A stretch of DNA of 64,000 nt from a virus, in the IMG/VR virus record IMGVR_UViG_3300018080_000117, positions 32,001 through 96,000 of that record; one strand, 5' to 3'. Under the pieces are notes generated by a model. The model saw only the letters and a program-made list of their open reading frames with translations. It did no database searches and was not told the DNA's origin. The first letter of the stretch is position 1; each line of letters opens with the position of its first letter. This document shows positions 27,537 through 36,445 of the stretch, piece by piece. The translations under genes were made by a program, and so were the position numbers.

Positions 27537-27718
27537 AGCCTTGGTTCTCCTTCCTCGCAACCGTAGCCTAAGGGACACCAACAACCCACCATCCCTAATA
27601 GGTGGGTACAGCAACCCTGCCCCTCTTCTATTCCAGTTGGGCGACAGAACTCTTTGTGCTCACAATCCTTGCAGAGTTTTATGTAGACGCACTCAGCACA
27701 AAGAATTCGCTTAGCCAT
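27518..27718 (-). CDS. small Cys-rich hypothetical protein
   Basis: 66 aa with ~10 Cys, overlapping its neighbours. Confidence 0.45.
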   Translation of the reverse strand: MAKRILCAECVYIKLCKDCEHKEFCRPTGIEEGQGCCTHLLGMVGCWCPLGYGCEEGEPRLWENLK

Positions 27719-28061
27719 TTTTGCGACTCGTGTTTAGTATTGCTTGCTGGTACGAATTTGAGATTGCTTGATAGTGGGCAAGCTTTTCGATCTGTTTTTT
27801 TAGGCTCGCTGAGAGAACCCGCACCCCCCGCTCGTCGTAAAGACGATCAACCAGTTCTCGCAACACTTCTCTTTCCGTATTTCTAATTTCTAACATTTCT
27901 TTGTCTTTCCGCTCTCTAATCTCGGACCTAGACTGAATAAGCTCAATTTCTTTGCGAGACAACCGTGCTTCTAACTTGATTACTTTTTTTCGTAACTTAC
28001 TGTTTTCTTCCTTAGTGCACTTCCACTCAGAAAACAAAGGACACTCTTGAGGGCAAGGCAT
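27711..28061 (-). CDS. coiled-coil hypothetical protein
   Basis: 116 aa; AGGAG RBS. Confidence 0.6.
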   Translation of the reverse strand: MPCPQECPLFSEWKCTKEENSKLRKKVIKLEARLSRKEIELIQSRSEIRERKDKEMLEIRNTEREVLRELVDRLYDERGVRVLSASLKKQIEKLAHYQAISNSYQQAILNTSRKNG

Positions 28062-28070
28062 AGGGATCTC

Positions 28071-28280
28071 CTAACAACAGCTTTTGAGAAGTTCTGATTG
28101 CAGTTCAACGTAAGAAAGATCTTTGAACCGAATAGGTGCACCTACCGACTTGAGAATAACAACCACGGCGTCAGGCTCTTCCCAAAAAGCCACGATGTCA
28201 TTGATTCGAAAAGCGTGCTCCCCCCGATCTCCCACAAACACAAAGTCAGATGCTTTCACGTTACGCTCCGTATCCTGCAT
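28071..28280 (-). CDS. hypothetical protein
   Basis: 69 aa co-oriented ORF. Confidence 0.55.
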   Translation of the reverse strand: MQDTERNVKASDFVFVGDRGEHAFRINDIVAFWEEPDAVVVILKSVGAPIRFKDLSYVELQSELLKSCC

Positions 28281-28956
28281 AGGGGTAAAACTTAGGTCGG
28301 GCTTTTAGTACTTGTTTACAGGGTTTTCCCACCCAAAGCACATAGACAAAGGATCGGTAAATCGGAGGGCACAGAGGCTTACGAGGCTTGGCTCCTTCTT
28401 TTATGTACAGATCGCACATAGAGTTCAATGCCTCGCAATAGGAGTTCGAGGCAGCATCCAAGGGTATGATGTCCTGTGAGTCGGTACTGTTTAGCAGGGG
28501 CTTTTCGATAAGCAAAGAGTACGGCAGTTTTAGGCTTGCGGCGCAAGCTTGCAAAAAGCTTGTGGTGACCCTTGTTTTGTGACCGCATCCATCTCTCCAA
28601 TAAAACTTAGTTCCCTTCTGCTCCAAGTAGTCGTCGAAGTCGAAACTAGGTCCTTCGACGTAAACAAATTCCCGGCTCTTCTTGCAAGCCGTTTTTAGAG
28701 CCGTGTAAACGTCTTCGTAGCTAGGAAGGTGTTCTAAGACGTGGCAAGCCATCGAAAAGCGCACAGTGCCCTGTAGCTTGTCTAGTTGCTGAATAGGAAG
28801 GCACGCTGCAACGTAACCTGCATCTTTTAGCAATTTGACACGTTCAGGATTCTTGTCGATGCACAAACCAACCTTGCCCCCAAACTTGTGCTTCGCGATT
28901 TTGTAACTACCCCCGTGACCAGCACCGAGATCAAGAAAATCAACTTGAACTTTCAC
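28261..28956 (-). CDS. class I SAM-dependent methyltransferase
   Basis: FLDLGAGHG, CIDKN, CHVLEHL. Confidence 0.85.
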   Translation of the reverse strand: MKVQVDFLDLGAGHGGSYKIAKHKFGGKVGLCIDKNPERVKLLKDAGYVAACLPIQQLDKLQGTVRFSMACHVLEHLPSYEDVYTALKTACKKSREFVYVEGPSFDFDDYLEQKGTKFYWRDGCGHKTRVTTSFLQACAASLKLPYSLLIEKPLLNSTDSQDIIPLDAASNSYCEALNSMCDLYIKEGAKPRKPLCPPIYRSFVYVLWVGKPCKQVLKARPKFYPYAGYGA

Positions 28957-29287
28957 ACGACCCCCTAATTACAGAACGTGACTCGAAATAAGTCGGTTTG
29001 TACAACAAAATTAGTTTAGCCAAAATAACCTCGGGATTTTCAAACCCGTAGATATCAAGGCACGCCGCTTTGTTCTCAGGCCACGTGTGGATCGTAATGT
29101 GCTTGTGGTCGTCTAGTAAGATGGCGGACATTCCTTGAGGCTCAAATTTGCGTACCAGCAATTCTGCGTCTAAAAGGTTTAGTTCTTTCAAAATGCATTC
29201 ATCGTCAAGATCATGTTCTGAGATTAGGTTCACGATACAATGGGCCTTTTCCATAAGCTCCTCGGGGATTGAATAGCATTTACCCAA
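28940..29287 (-). CDS. S-adenosylmethionine decarboxylase (SpeD) homolog lacking the ESH autocleavage motif
   Basis: KFEPQGMSAILLDDHKHITIHTWPE...ACLDIY. Confidence 0.7.
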   Translation of the reverse strand: MGKCYSIPEELMEKAHCIVNLISEHDLDDECILKELNLLDAELLVRKFEPQGMSAILLDDHKHITIHTWPENKAACLDIYGFENPEVILAKLILLYKPTYFESRSVIRGSCESSS

Positions 29288-29555
29288 AAACCTTAGTTTT
29301 AGCTAGGAGGCTAGGTATTAACTAAGGATACGAAAAAAGACGTACGTTAGGGTAAGCCACAGGAGACGCAGATGCGAATTCGAGCAATTGATGTCCTGGC
29401 GGTTATGACGTTGCCCTTACCGAGGTTGCAAAAAGGTTCATCGAGGAACATCCCGAATATTACCTCGAAGAAGCGAAAAAGGCTCTGAACGAATTTATCG
29501 AACGCGAGGCCAAAAAATTAGTCTCTCTAGCGGTTTCGAGTGACCGAAAAACTCG

Positions 29556-30159
29556 CTATTCAGGTATGTAGCGCTGCAGAGCTATGTACTCGTTGACAAG
29601 GTGGACTGGAGGATTGCTTGCAATCCGTAGAAGGTATGAAGCCAAGTCTTCGAATATACTAAAAATGAATATGTTAGCCAAACCTAGAGAGACTATTTTT
29701 TTTTGCGTGGTGCCGATTTGCGTGAACTTGGATCGGGTGTCTTGGGAATTCCTAGCAGACCACGTTGTTGATTCTTCTACGTTCATGTAAGACCTTCCTG
29801 TAAGTCTTCCTCAACAACTTTTTCCAAGCCTTAGTTAGCCTTTTGTAATCGATCGAAGACTGGTTGACGTACTTTGTACTTGTATCCTCGGTGCTCTCAG
29901 AAGGTTCTACCTGCAACACACTAAGCATTTGGTTGGTTGTTTTGACTAATCTTTTCTGAAAGTCGTACCACCCTTGAACTAGTTTTTCGTTATTCGACAT
30001 CGATCGGTTGCTTTTCTCGAACGTCTTCTGTTTCAACATCAAAGCCGTCTTCCATTTGATGTCATTAGGCGCTATTAGAACTTGTGCAGGGTAACATCCA
30101 CGAGGTATTTCATTCGTTCCCCTTATCCACCAACCAAGCCTCAACATTAATTTCCTCAA
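29556..30159 (-). CDS. one or two hypothetical proteins, possibly frameshifted
   Basis: Overlapping ORFs 29556-29786 and 29752-30159 with poor starts. Confidence 0.4.
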
Positions 30160-30463
30160 CCTCTACAGGCTTTGCGTAAAAAGGTAGCCACTCATACTTT
30201 AGGGTATCGGCTAACTTAGCTGCGTAGTCCTTCGTGTCGTTAGACAGCGTAACATCCTCTTCGCACACGCGGTAGCGTTTATCTAAGCTGTCTAGGATAC
30301 GAAAAATAATATCTGATTCAGGGTCTACTTCGAAGTCGTCGGTTTGGTATTTTTCCAAGGTAATTACCTCTGGTTCGTATCCTTGCGTTTCTCGCAGTAC
30401 CTGAAAGATTAGTGAATCCTTATCCACGCTTCTTTCGGTCTTATTGTAAAACCACAGGTACAT
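30110..30463 (-). CDS. hypothetical protein
   Basis: 117 aa; GGGAG RBS. Confidence 0.65.
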   Translation of the reverse strand: MYLWFYNKTERSVDKDSLIFQVLRETQGYEPEVITLEKYQTDDFEVDPESDIIFRILDSLDKRYRVCEEDVTLSNDTKDYAAKLADTLKYEWLPFYAKPVEVEEINVEAWLVDKGNE

Positions 30464-30783
30464 TTTTTCTCCCTTAGGTGGGTTGTACCGGGATTAGTTT
30501 GCGGGGGAGTTTAGCAGAAAGGAAAAAACTTGGCCTGTAAAATCGCCCAAATACAGAGGCGGTTGATCAAACCACGTGTCTTTGGGTCTGGCACAGACAA
30601 GCCTACTTAAACAGCAGGAGGAGCCGCGCACTACCCTCCGGCGTGCCAACCTTCGGTAGATATTGAGGCCCAATTGCTGCTTCGGCAAGGATTCCACAGA
30701 CCAAATCTAAGATAAAATTTTACTGTTTTTCAAAAACGCTGTCAAGGCTAATTTACTGTTTTTCAAAAAGCCCTTTTGCCCTA

Positions 30784-31478
30784 TCAAGTAAGTTTTTCAA
30801 ACCTCAAATTTGGGAATTCTTTTTTCAACCGCGCTACCGCTATTTTGAGGTAGCTTTTTTCTAGGTCAACTCCGATAACTCTGTGACCATTTTTCAAAGC
30901 CGCTAGTGCTGTTGTCCCGGAACCCAAAAACGGATCAAATACAATTGCGTTAGGAGGAGACACCAACCGAACTAAATAATCAACCAGTGCTAGAGGCTTG
31001 ACTGTCGGGTGGGTGTTTATTTCTCCACGTTCTTTTTTCGACGCTTTCGCTGCATAAAAAAACCTGGCAGCAGACCCTATCGAGGTATCTGTTTTTGAGG
31101 TTTCGTAATTAGTCGGATCGCCATTGTTGTTGAAATGCCGTGCACCTTGGGTTCTGTTCCACGTCCCGCCCTTCGCGTCCGGGAATAATTCTTTTACCTC
31201 TTTGCTACCGTCGTGCAAAAAGTTAGCTGGCCAACGACCGTCTTTTTTGTATTCCATCGTACTGTTCTGCTCGTGGGCTTTTTTTCTTGGCTAGCGCTTT
31301 AGACACGTTCAAGGACTTAGGAAAACCCGAGGAGTACACCCATTGCATTTGATCACGTATTTCCCACGTATGGAGGATCCGTCACAATTGCGTCTACTGA
31401 ATTTTCTTTTAGGGCTCTTGCTACTCTCAGACTGTCTGCGACAAACAGATTTATTTTTTTAGCGTGTATTTTGAGCAT
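30784..31478 (-). pseudogene. decayed N6-adenine/N4-cytosine DNA methyltransferase (beta class)
   Basis: Three out-of-frame pieces: MLKIH...SVDAIVTDPPY; WEIRDQMQWVYSSGFPKS; GRWPAN...HPTVKP...DPFLGSGTT. Confidence 0.8.
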
Positions 31479-31666
31479 CGTTTCGGATAACCTTCATGGA
31501 ATCTCGGAAAAACATCCGCCGACCTTTTGATCAGAAAGTATTCGTACCCATCGATGCAATAAACCTCTAATTCATACGGAAACTCACTAAGGGGTTTTGT
31601 TCTTCTTTCTTCCGGGCTCTCGGAACAGCAAAAAAAGAAAATGCACAGCAACAAAAAAGCTTTCAT
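31451..31666 (-). CDS. small lipoprotein-like hypothetical protein
   Basis: MKAFLLLCIFFFCCS leader; CIDGYEY. Confidence 0.6.
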   Translation of the reverse strand: MKAFLLLCIFFFCCSESPEERRTKPLSEFPYELEVYCIDGYEYFLIKRSADVFPRFHEGYPKRCSKYTLKK

Positions 31667-31669
31667 AGG

Positions 31670-32590
31670 CTACTCCAAAAACTTAGTAAGTGATTGCTCG
31701 AACCGATCCACAACGTTCTGCCACTTGAATTTAGGGTGCTGCGCTGTTTTGAGCCCATGCGCTTTTAGAGCCCGTCTAAGCGACTTGTCTGCCAAAAGCT
31801 TAGCAACCCCTTTCCAAATCCCTTGAGGGCTTCTGGGGACAACTACGGCGTTGCGGTTGTTCCTTACAAAGTCTCGGCTTCCCCCGTCGTCAGTACACAC
31901 CACCGGGCACCCACAACTCATCGCTTCGAGGATCGGAAAATTAAATCCCTCTACCTGGCATGCCGACACAAAAAGCGTGCTTCTGTTGTACAGATGCCAC
32001 ATTTTTTCTTGTGGTGTGTTTAGCCCGTGCATTTTTAGTAGCTTTACTGATTTTCCTAAAAGTGCTCCCTCAACCAAGTGTGTACCCTTCCAAGGGCGAG
32101 GACTACCGTAGTACAACACATCGAAGTCTTTTGGCACTGTCGGATCGTGTCGAAAGTGTTCTGTGTTGATCCCCCCTGGAATAATCGGAATCTCTTGCTT
32201 AGTTTTGGTGTGCTTTTTTATGTACTGCTCGACGTACCTAGAATTTGCAAAGTAAGTTAGTCCTGGTTGCTGCAATCCGGCCAGGGGTACCGCAGGGTTT
32301 TTGTACTCGGCTTCTGCAGCCAGCACCCAAAACACTTTTAGCTTAGCTTTGGAGCGCAGACAAAGTCTGTACTGCTCTGCGAGGTTGAAAAGGGTCACAT
32401 CGTACGTCTCGGTCTTCAAGCGGCTCATATCGAACGTAGGGGCTTGTGACGGCATCCAGGTACAAGGCTTCCCCTTCGGGGTTAGCAATTCTACCTCGTG
32501 ACCTTTTTTCAGCATGCGATTGCTAATCTCCACGATTCTTCGGATACCGCCAACGCACAAAAGGTGAGGTTCGATAAAAGCGATTCTCAT
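31670..32590 (-). CDS. GT4 (GT-B) glycosyltransferase
   Basis: GGIRRIVE, KG, EGFNFPILEAMSCGCPVV (EX7E). Confidence 0.92.
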   Translation of the reverse strand: MRIAFIEPHLLCVGGIRRIVEISNRMLKKGHEVELLTPKGKPCTWMPSQAPTFDMSRLKTETYDVTLFNLAEQYRLCLRSKAKLKVFWVLAAEAEYKNPAVPLAGLQQPGLTYFANSRYVEQYIKKHTKTKQEIPIIPGGINTEHFRHDPTVPKDFDVLYYGSPRPWKGTHLVEGALLGKSVKLLKMHGLNTPQEKMWHLYNRSTLFVSACQVEGFNFPILEAMSCGCPVVCTDDGGSRDFVRNNRNAVVVPRSPQGIWKGVAKLLADKSLRRALKAHGLKTAQHPKFKWQNVVDRFEQSLTKFLE

Positions 32591-33622
32591 TTACTCCCCC
32601 GTTATCTTCTTCACGGTGTTTACGAAACGTGCCCCTTGTTTGCTCCACTTGAAGCTTTGAGCAAGGATCATCCCATTTTTAGTAATTTGTTCTCTTAGGG
32701 AACGCTCGTTGATCAAGCGTCCGATCTTTGCCATCAAATCTTTTTTCGTCCCGTCGGACACCAGGCAGTTTTTTCCGGACACTAAGTAATCTTCAAGACC
32801 TTTGTTTTTCGTCCACACTACGGGAACACCGCAAGCCATCGCCTCTAACGGAGGCAATCCGAATCCTTCGTTCTTACTCGTTGCGACCCACACCTTGCAC
32901 TGGTTGTAGATTAGCGGCAAAAAAGAAGTTGGGGGATCAATAAAAATAGCGTACTGGCAGTGCATATTCTGAAATAATTCTTTTTTGGCGTACTCAACCC
33001 GTGCCGCAACGAGCATCGCTTTGTACTTACGTTCTCGCTTAGCTCCTTGGCTTGCAGCCATACTAAGGGCTGCCAAAAGAACGTCGCTGTTTTTATCCTC
33101 AGAAGAGTGCAACAATCCCCCTACAGGGATTTGGCAACTAAATAACTTCGGCAGGGGTCGGAATATCTCGTCGACGGCGGGTGGGATCACAAAGACTTTC
33201 TCGTGATTCGCTTTTAAGGCAAGTCTAGCTAACCAAGAACTCGTTGCAATCACTGCGTCGTAAGGATAGCTTAGGTTTCTGTTCTCTTTTTCTTCGTTCT
33301 GTGTTCCGTACCCCTGCAACAAAAGAATGTGCTTTGCGTTGTCTTTCTTCAGATCCTTCACTTCTTCGGGATCCCCATCAAGGTAATCCACAATCACATC
33401 GGCATTTTTCAGGTGCTTTTTTCTTGCGTCTTTTTCTACCACCAAATTGCAGGTAATTTCTTTTAGCTTTGGCGTGCACATCCAATAAGTGGGATTGAGC
33501 TTTTTTGCTACGATCGCCACCCGGTTGTCTTTACTAATCCTGTTTACGTACTCTGCAAACCTAATAATTACTTTTGTCCCCCCTGAAACTTTCGTGTGTG
33601 GAGTAAGAAAAACGTATCGCAT
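32591..33622 (-). CDS. GT4 (GT-B) glycosyltransferase
   Basis: SGGTKVI, EGFGLPPLEAMACGVPVV. Confidence 0.92.
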   Translation of the reverse strand: MRYVFLTPHTKVSGGTKVIIRFAEYVNRISKDNRVAIVAKKLNPTYWMCTPKLKEITCNLVVEKDARKKHLKNADVIVDYLDGDPEEVKDLKKDNAKHILLLQGYGTQNEEKENRNLSYPYDAVIATSSWLARLALKANHEKVFVIPPAVDEIFRPLPKLFSCQIPVGGLLHSSEDKNSDVLLAALSMAASQGAKRERKYKAMLVAARVEYAKKELFQNMHCQYAIFIDPPTSFLPLIYNQCKVWVATSKNEGFGLPPLEAMACGVPVVWTKNKGLEDYLVSGKNCLVSDGTKKDLMAKIGRLINERSLREQITKNGMILAQSFKWSKQGARFVNTVKKITGE

Positions 33623-34507
33623 CTAGCCAACCCTCGAAAATATTCTCTTTGTATTTGTTTCTTCTTTTAGGCACGCAGGCGAAAACCAGATAGCTTCTTG
33701 ATTTTTGGTCTTGGTGCTATTGTACGTGCTGCGAACACGAGACCACCGCACGACATCCCACCCTGGCAGGTCATAATCTCCGATATGCCCGCATAGCGCA
33801 ACACGCAGCCGATCCTGCTCTGTTTCACGACACCACGCCTCGCAATGTGCAGCGACAGGCACCTGTTTTGAATATAGCCTCTCGAACCCCCTGTATGGCG
33901 GATCGAGAAACACCGCGCAAATACCGCCGCCCTCTAGTCCATAGCGCGTGTTGACACATCGGTCCCATGCGCCGTGCAAAACTCTAACGCGCTCTAAGCG
34001 GGCGCTTAGCTCTGCGACCAATTGCGCACCGCCAGATGTACTCTGAACACCCATGCCTATGTTGCTGATATGCGGGATCGGCCCAAGGCGTCGACCTGTT
34101 ATTTTGTCGCACCAGCCTTTTCCAATCCACGAGCACTGCCCCCACAACCACCAGCCCGCGATCCTAGGGTCCCCTGGCCACTCTGGGTCCAAGAGCCTGT
34201 CTTGCAGATCAGCCACCCTCTCTGGATCAGTCAACCACCAGTGCCTTGCCGACTGATCAATGTGACTCACCGGGTAGTCAGCTTCGGCCCATGTGGCATC
34301 TGGCTGATATTTCACGGCGCGCCAGAAGTTAGCTATGTATAGATTCAGATCACAGATCACCTCAAGATTTGCCTGGCGGGGGGCGTTGAGCAGCATTGCT
34401 GCCGATCCACAAAACGGCTCAATGTAATTTTTGACTCGCCCGAATCGTTGCCACACCAACTTAGCTACGCGGGACTTGCCGCCGAAATACGGAAATGGTG
34501 ACTTCAC
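33623..34507 (-). CDS. Dam/D12-class DNA adenine methyltransferase
   Basis: PFPYFGGKS, YIEPFCGSAA, FLDPPY, EAIWFSPAC. Confidence 0.9.
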   Translation of the reverse strand: MKSPFPYFGGKSRVAKLVWQRFGRVKNYIEPFCGSAAMLLNAPRQANLEVICDLNLYIANFWRAVKYQPDATWAEADYPVSHIDQSARHWWLTDPERVADLQDRLLDPEWPGDPRIAGWWLWGQCSWIGKGWCDKITGRRLGPIPHISNIGMGVQSTSGGAQLVAELSARLERVRVLHGAWDRCVNTRYGLEGGGICAVFLDPPYRGFERLYSKQVPVAAHCEAWCRETEQDRLRVALCGHIGDYDLPGWDVVRWSRVRSTYNSTKTKNQEAIWFSPACLKEETNTKRIFSRVG

Positions 34508-35127
34508 CTTCGCTCCGAGTGGTAAAGTTGCTTAGCTTTCATTCGTTCCTTTTCCACATCCATACCTGAGACCCGCACAGAAGCCTCTCCTTCGTGCCAA
34601 ACAAACGATCCCTGGGACCAATAGCAATTTAGCCCCAAAGCTGTTCTAGAGCGGTCTATGAAGTCTGACTCTTGTCCGTAGAACGTGTAACGCTCATCGA
34701 ACTTATTTAGCGCGTGCCAAAGCTGCCTTTCGAAGACGAGGCAAAAGCCAGAAATCGGATCCGTCATTTTTTTGTACTTGCCGCTTCTTTTCTTAGCCTC
34801 TTCAGGAGTAGGGATTTTTTTTTGCGGGGAATGGCAATTGTTGGTACTAGGCCCGACGAATCCACAGTCTTTGAACTTATCAAAAGCTTCGAGCATAAGT
34901 TCCAACCAACCTGAGGTTACTTGGGTATCGGAGTTTAGCAAGCAAATGTAGTCCGCTTCGCTTTTGCGGATCAGTTTATTCCACACCTGTGTCAACGTAA
35001 GCTTATTTTTCTTGTTGTCGGTGTATGTCAGCGTAAACGGCACCGAGGTATGATTCAGAACGCTTTTCAAGCACTGGCTTTCCATCTCGGGTAATCCGTA
35101 GCCGACAACAATGATCTGCGTTTTCAT
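34504..35127 (-). CDS. GT2 glycosyltransferase
   Basis: CLLNSDT, GWLE, VGPSTN, SGFCL, FDERYTFYGQESD, VWHEGEAS. Confidence 0.88.
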   Translation of the reverse strand: MKTQIIVVGYGLPEMESQCLKSVLNHTSVPFTLTYTDNKKNKLTLTQVWNKLIRKSEADYICLLNSDTQVTSGWLELMLEAFDKFKDCGFVGPSTNNCHSPQKKIPTPEEAKKRSGKYKKMTDPISGFCLVFERQLWHALNKFDERYTFYGQESDFIDRSRTALGLNCYWSQGSFVWHEGEASVRVSGMDVEKERMKAKQLYHSERR

Positions 35128-35339
35128 TAGCCATCCCACGTCGAGCTTGTTCTAACGTTTTTTCGGCACAACAACCACGCCACACAGCTAGGACACAGAT
35201 CCATCGAGTCCAGTTTTTCATTTCCAAAACTAATGTTTTCTATTCTTACCCAGCCTTCAGGAAGGTTCTCTTCGGTACTAGGTACCTGCTGTGAGTAACC
35301 ACAGTCGCTACGATCGCAGGTGATTACGTACTTTTTCAT
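35127..35339 (-). CDS. small Zn-binding hypothetical protein
   Basis: TCDRSDCG...PEGW...DLCPSC. Confidence 0.65.
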   Translation of the reverse strand: MKKYVITCDRSDCGYSQQVPSTEENLPEGWVRIENISFGNEKLDSMDLCPSCVAWLLCRKNVRTSSTWDG

Positions 35340-35342
35340 TTC

Positions 35343-35900
35343 CTAGTCCTCACGTGCGATAAAAATGGGTTGGAAGTGCGGATCGGAAGGATAGGGCGGA
35401 TAACTTAGTTTGTCTTCGATCTGGTCTCCGAACAACTCTTCGTCGGGAAGTTCCACAAGTTGACTGTCTGTCAGGAACTGCAACAGGGTAAGTGTTTTTG
35501 CCTCTGTTAGCGTTCCGTTGTTGCAAGCTAAGCTAAGAGCTGCGTCTTGTTCCATACCCAAATTCACGTCGGCCAAACTAAAGTCTAGCGGTGCTCGACG
35601 GGGATAAACCGTTCTGTCTGGCAATTGGTAAATCTCCTGCACCGAGCTAATTCGGTAACAGACTTTCCTCGAAGTCCCGTCTTCTTGTAGACACACCAGC
35701 ATCCTCAATGCAGACGAGTACTGGTGTTGGTTGAGCCACATCGCTCCCCTTAGTTGAAATTCGTCGTCTCGATGCAGTAGCGGCAAAGTTAGGAAAGTGT
35801 CGTTTTCTGACCAATAAGCCGTCTTTGAAAAAAGGATCGCGTCAAGGCTTTCGATCAGGAATCTCTTCATCACTGTGTGTAAGGGAGATACGTTTGACAT
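35343..35900 (-). CDS. hypothetical protein
   Basis: 185 aa co-oriented ORF. Confidence 0.65.
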   Translation of the reverse strand: MSNVSPLHTVMKRFLIESLDAILFSKTAYWSENDTFLTLPLLHRDDEFQLRGAMWLNQHQYSSALRMLVCLQEDGTSRKVCYRISSVQEIYQLPDRTVYPRRAPLDFSLADVNLGMEQDAALSLACNNGTLTEAKTLTLLQFLTDSQLVELPDEELFGDQIEDKLSYPPYPSDPHFQPIFIARED

Positions 35901-36090
35901 AAGATGCCTCTCTGGAGCAATTGGAGGCCCTCAGGGCCTCTTGAAAGAACTGACCCAGGGCTTGTATCGGATTTTCGTACGAAGCCTCTGTAACCCACTC
36001 TGAGCCTTCCAAACGTTGAAAGTGCAAAACCTCGCCCTCAGCGATTACGCGGGAAGTGTTTAGCTTGCAGAGGATTTTGGGCTGATCCAA
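35842..36090 (-). CDS. hypothetical protein
   Basis: 82 aa, TTG start. Confidence 0.45.
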   Translation of the reverse strand: MDQPKILCKLNTSRVIAEGEVLHFQRLEGSEWVTEASYENPIQALGQFFQEALRASNCSREASYVKRISLTHSDEEIPDRKP

Positions 36091-36445
36091 TTTCTAACCC
36101 CTTCTGGTTCGGCATTACCAAACCGCTACAGTAAGCTTTCCAGCGTTGCACAGAGTCTTGGTATTGAGTCCACAGCTCGGGTCCTTGTTCGCCGACCTTG
36201 CAAATAATCTCCAAAGCTGTGGGCAAGACCCTGATTTGTTCTTGTGCGGACTTATCCGAGTGCAACGGTTGGATCAACAACGCTGCTCCTCCGTCTCTGG
36301 GAACCTCAGCGTAGAGCTTAGGGTACACCACCCGCAGGGGTTGGATATTTCCGGCTAAGAAATTGTCATAGGGTTTTTGATAAATCGTTCCGAGCATTCT
36401 TTGGTTCGGCAAATAAATCATGACAAACAGATCTGCGTGTTTCAT
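36038..36445 (-). CDS. hypothetical protein
   Basis: MKHAD start overlaps the upstream stop; GGAGG RBS. Confidence 0.6.
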   Translation of the reverse strand: MKHADLFVMIYLPNQRMLGTIYQKPYDNFLAGNIQPLRVVYPKLYAEVPRDGGAALLIQPLHSDKSAQEQIRVLPTALEIICKVGEQGPELWTQYQDSVQRWKAYCSGLVMPNQKGLEIGSAQNPLQAKHFPRNR

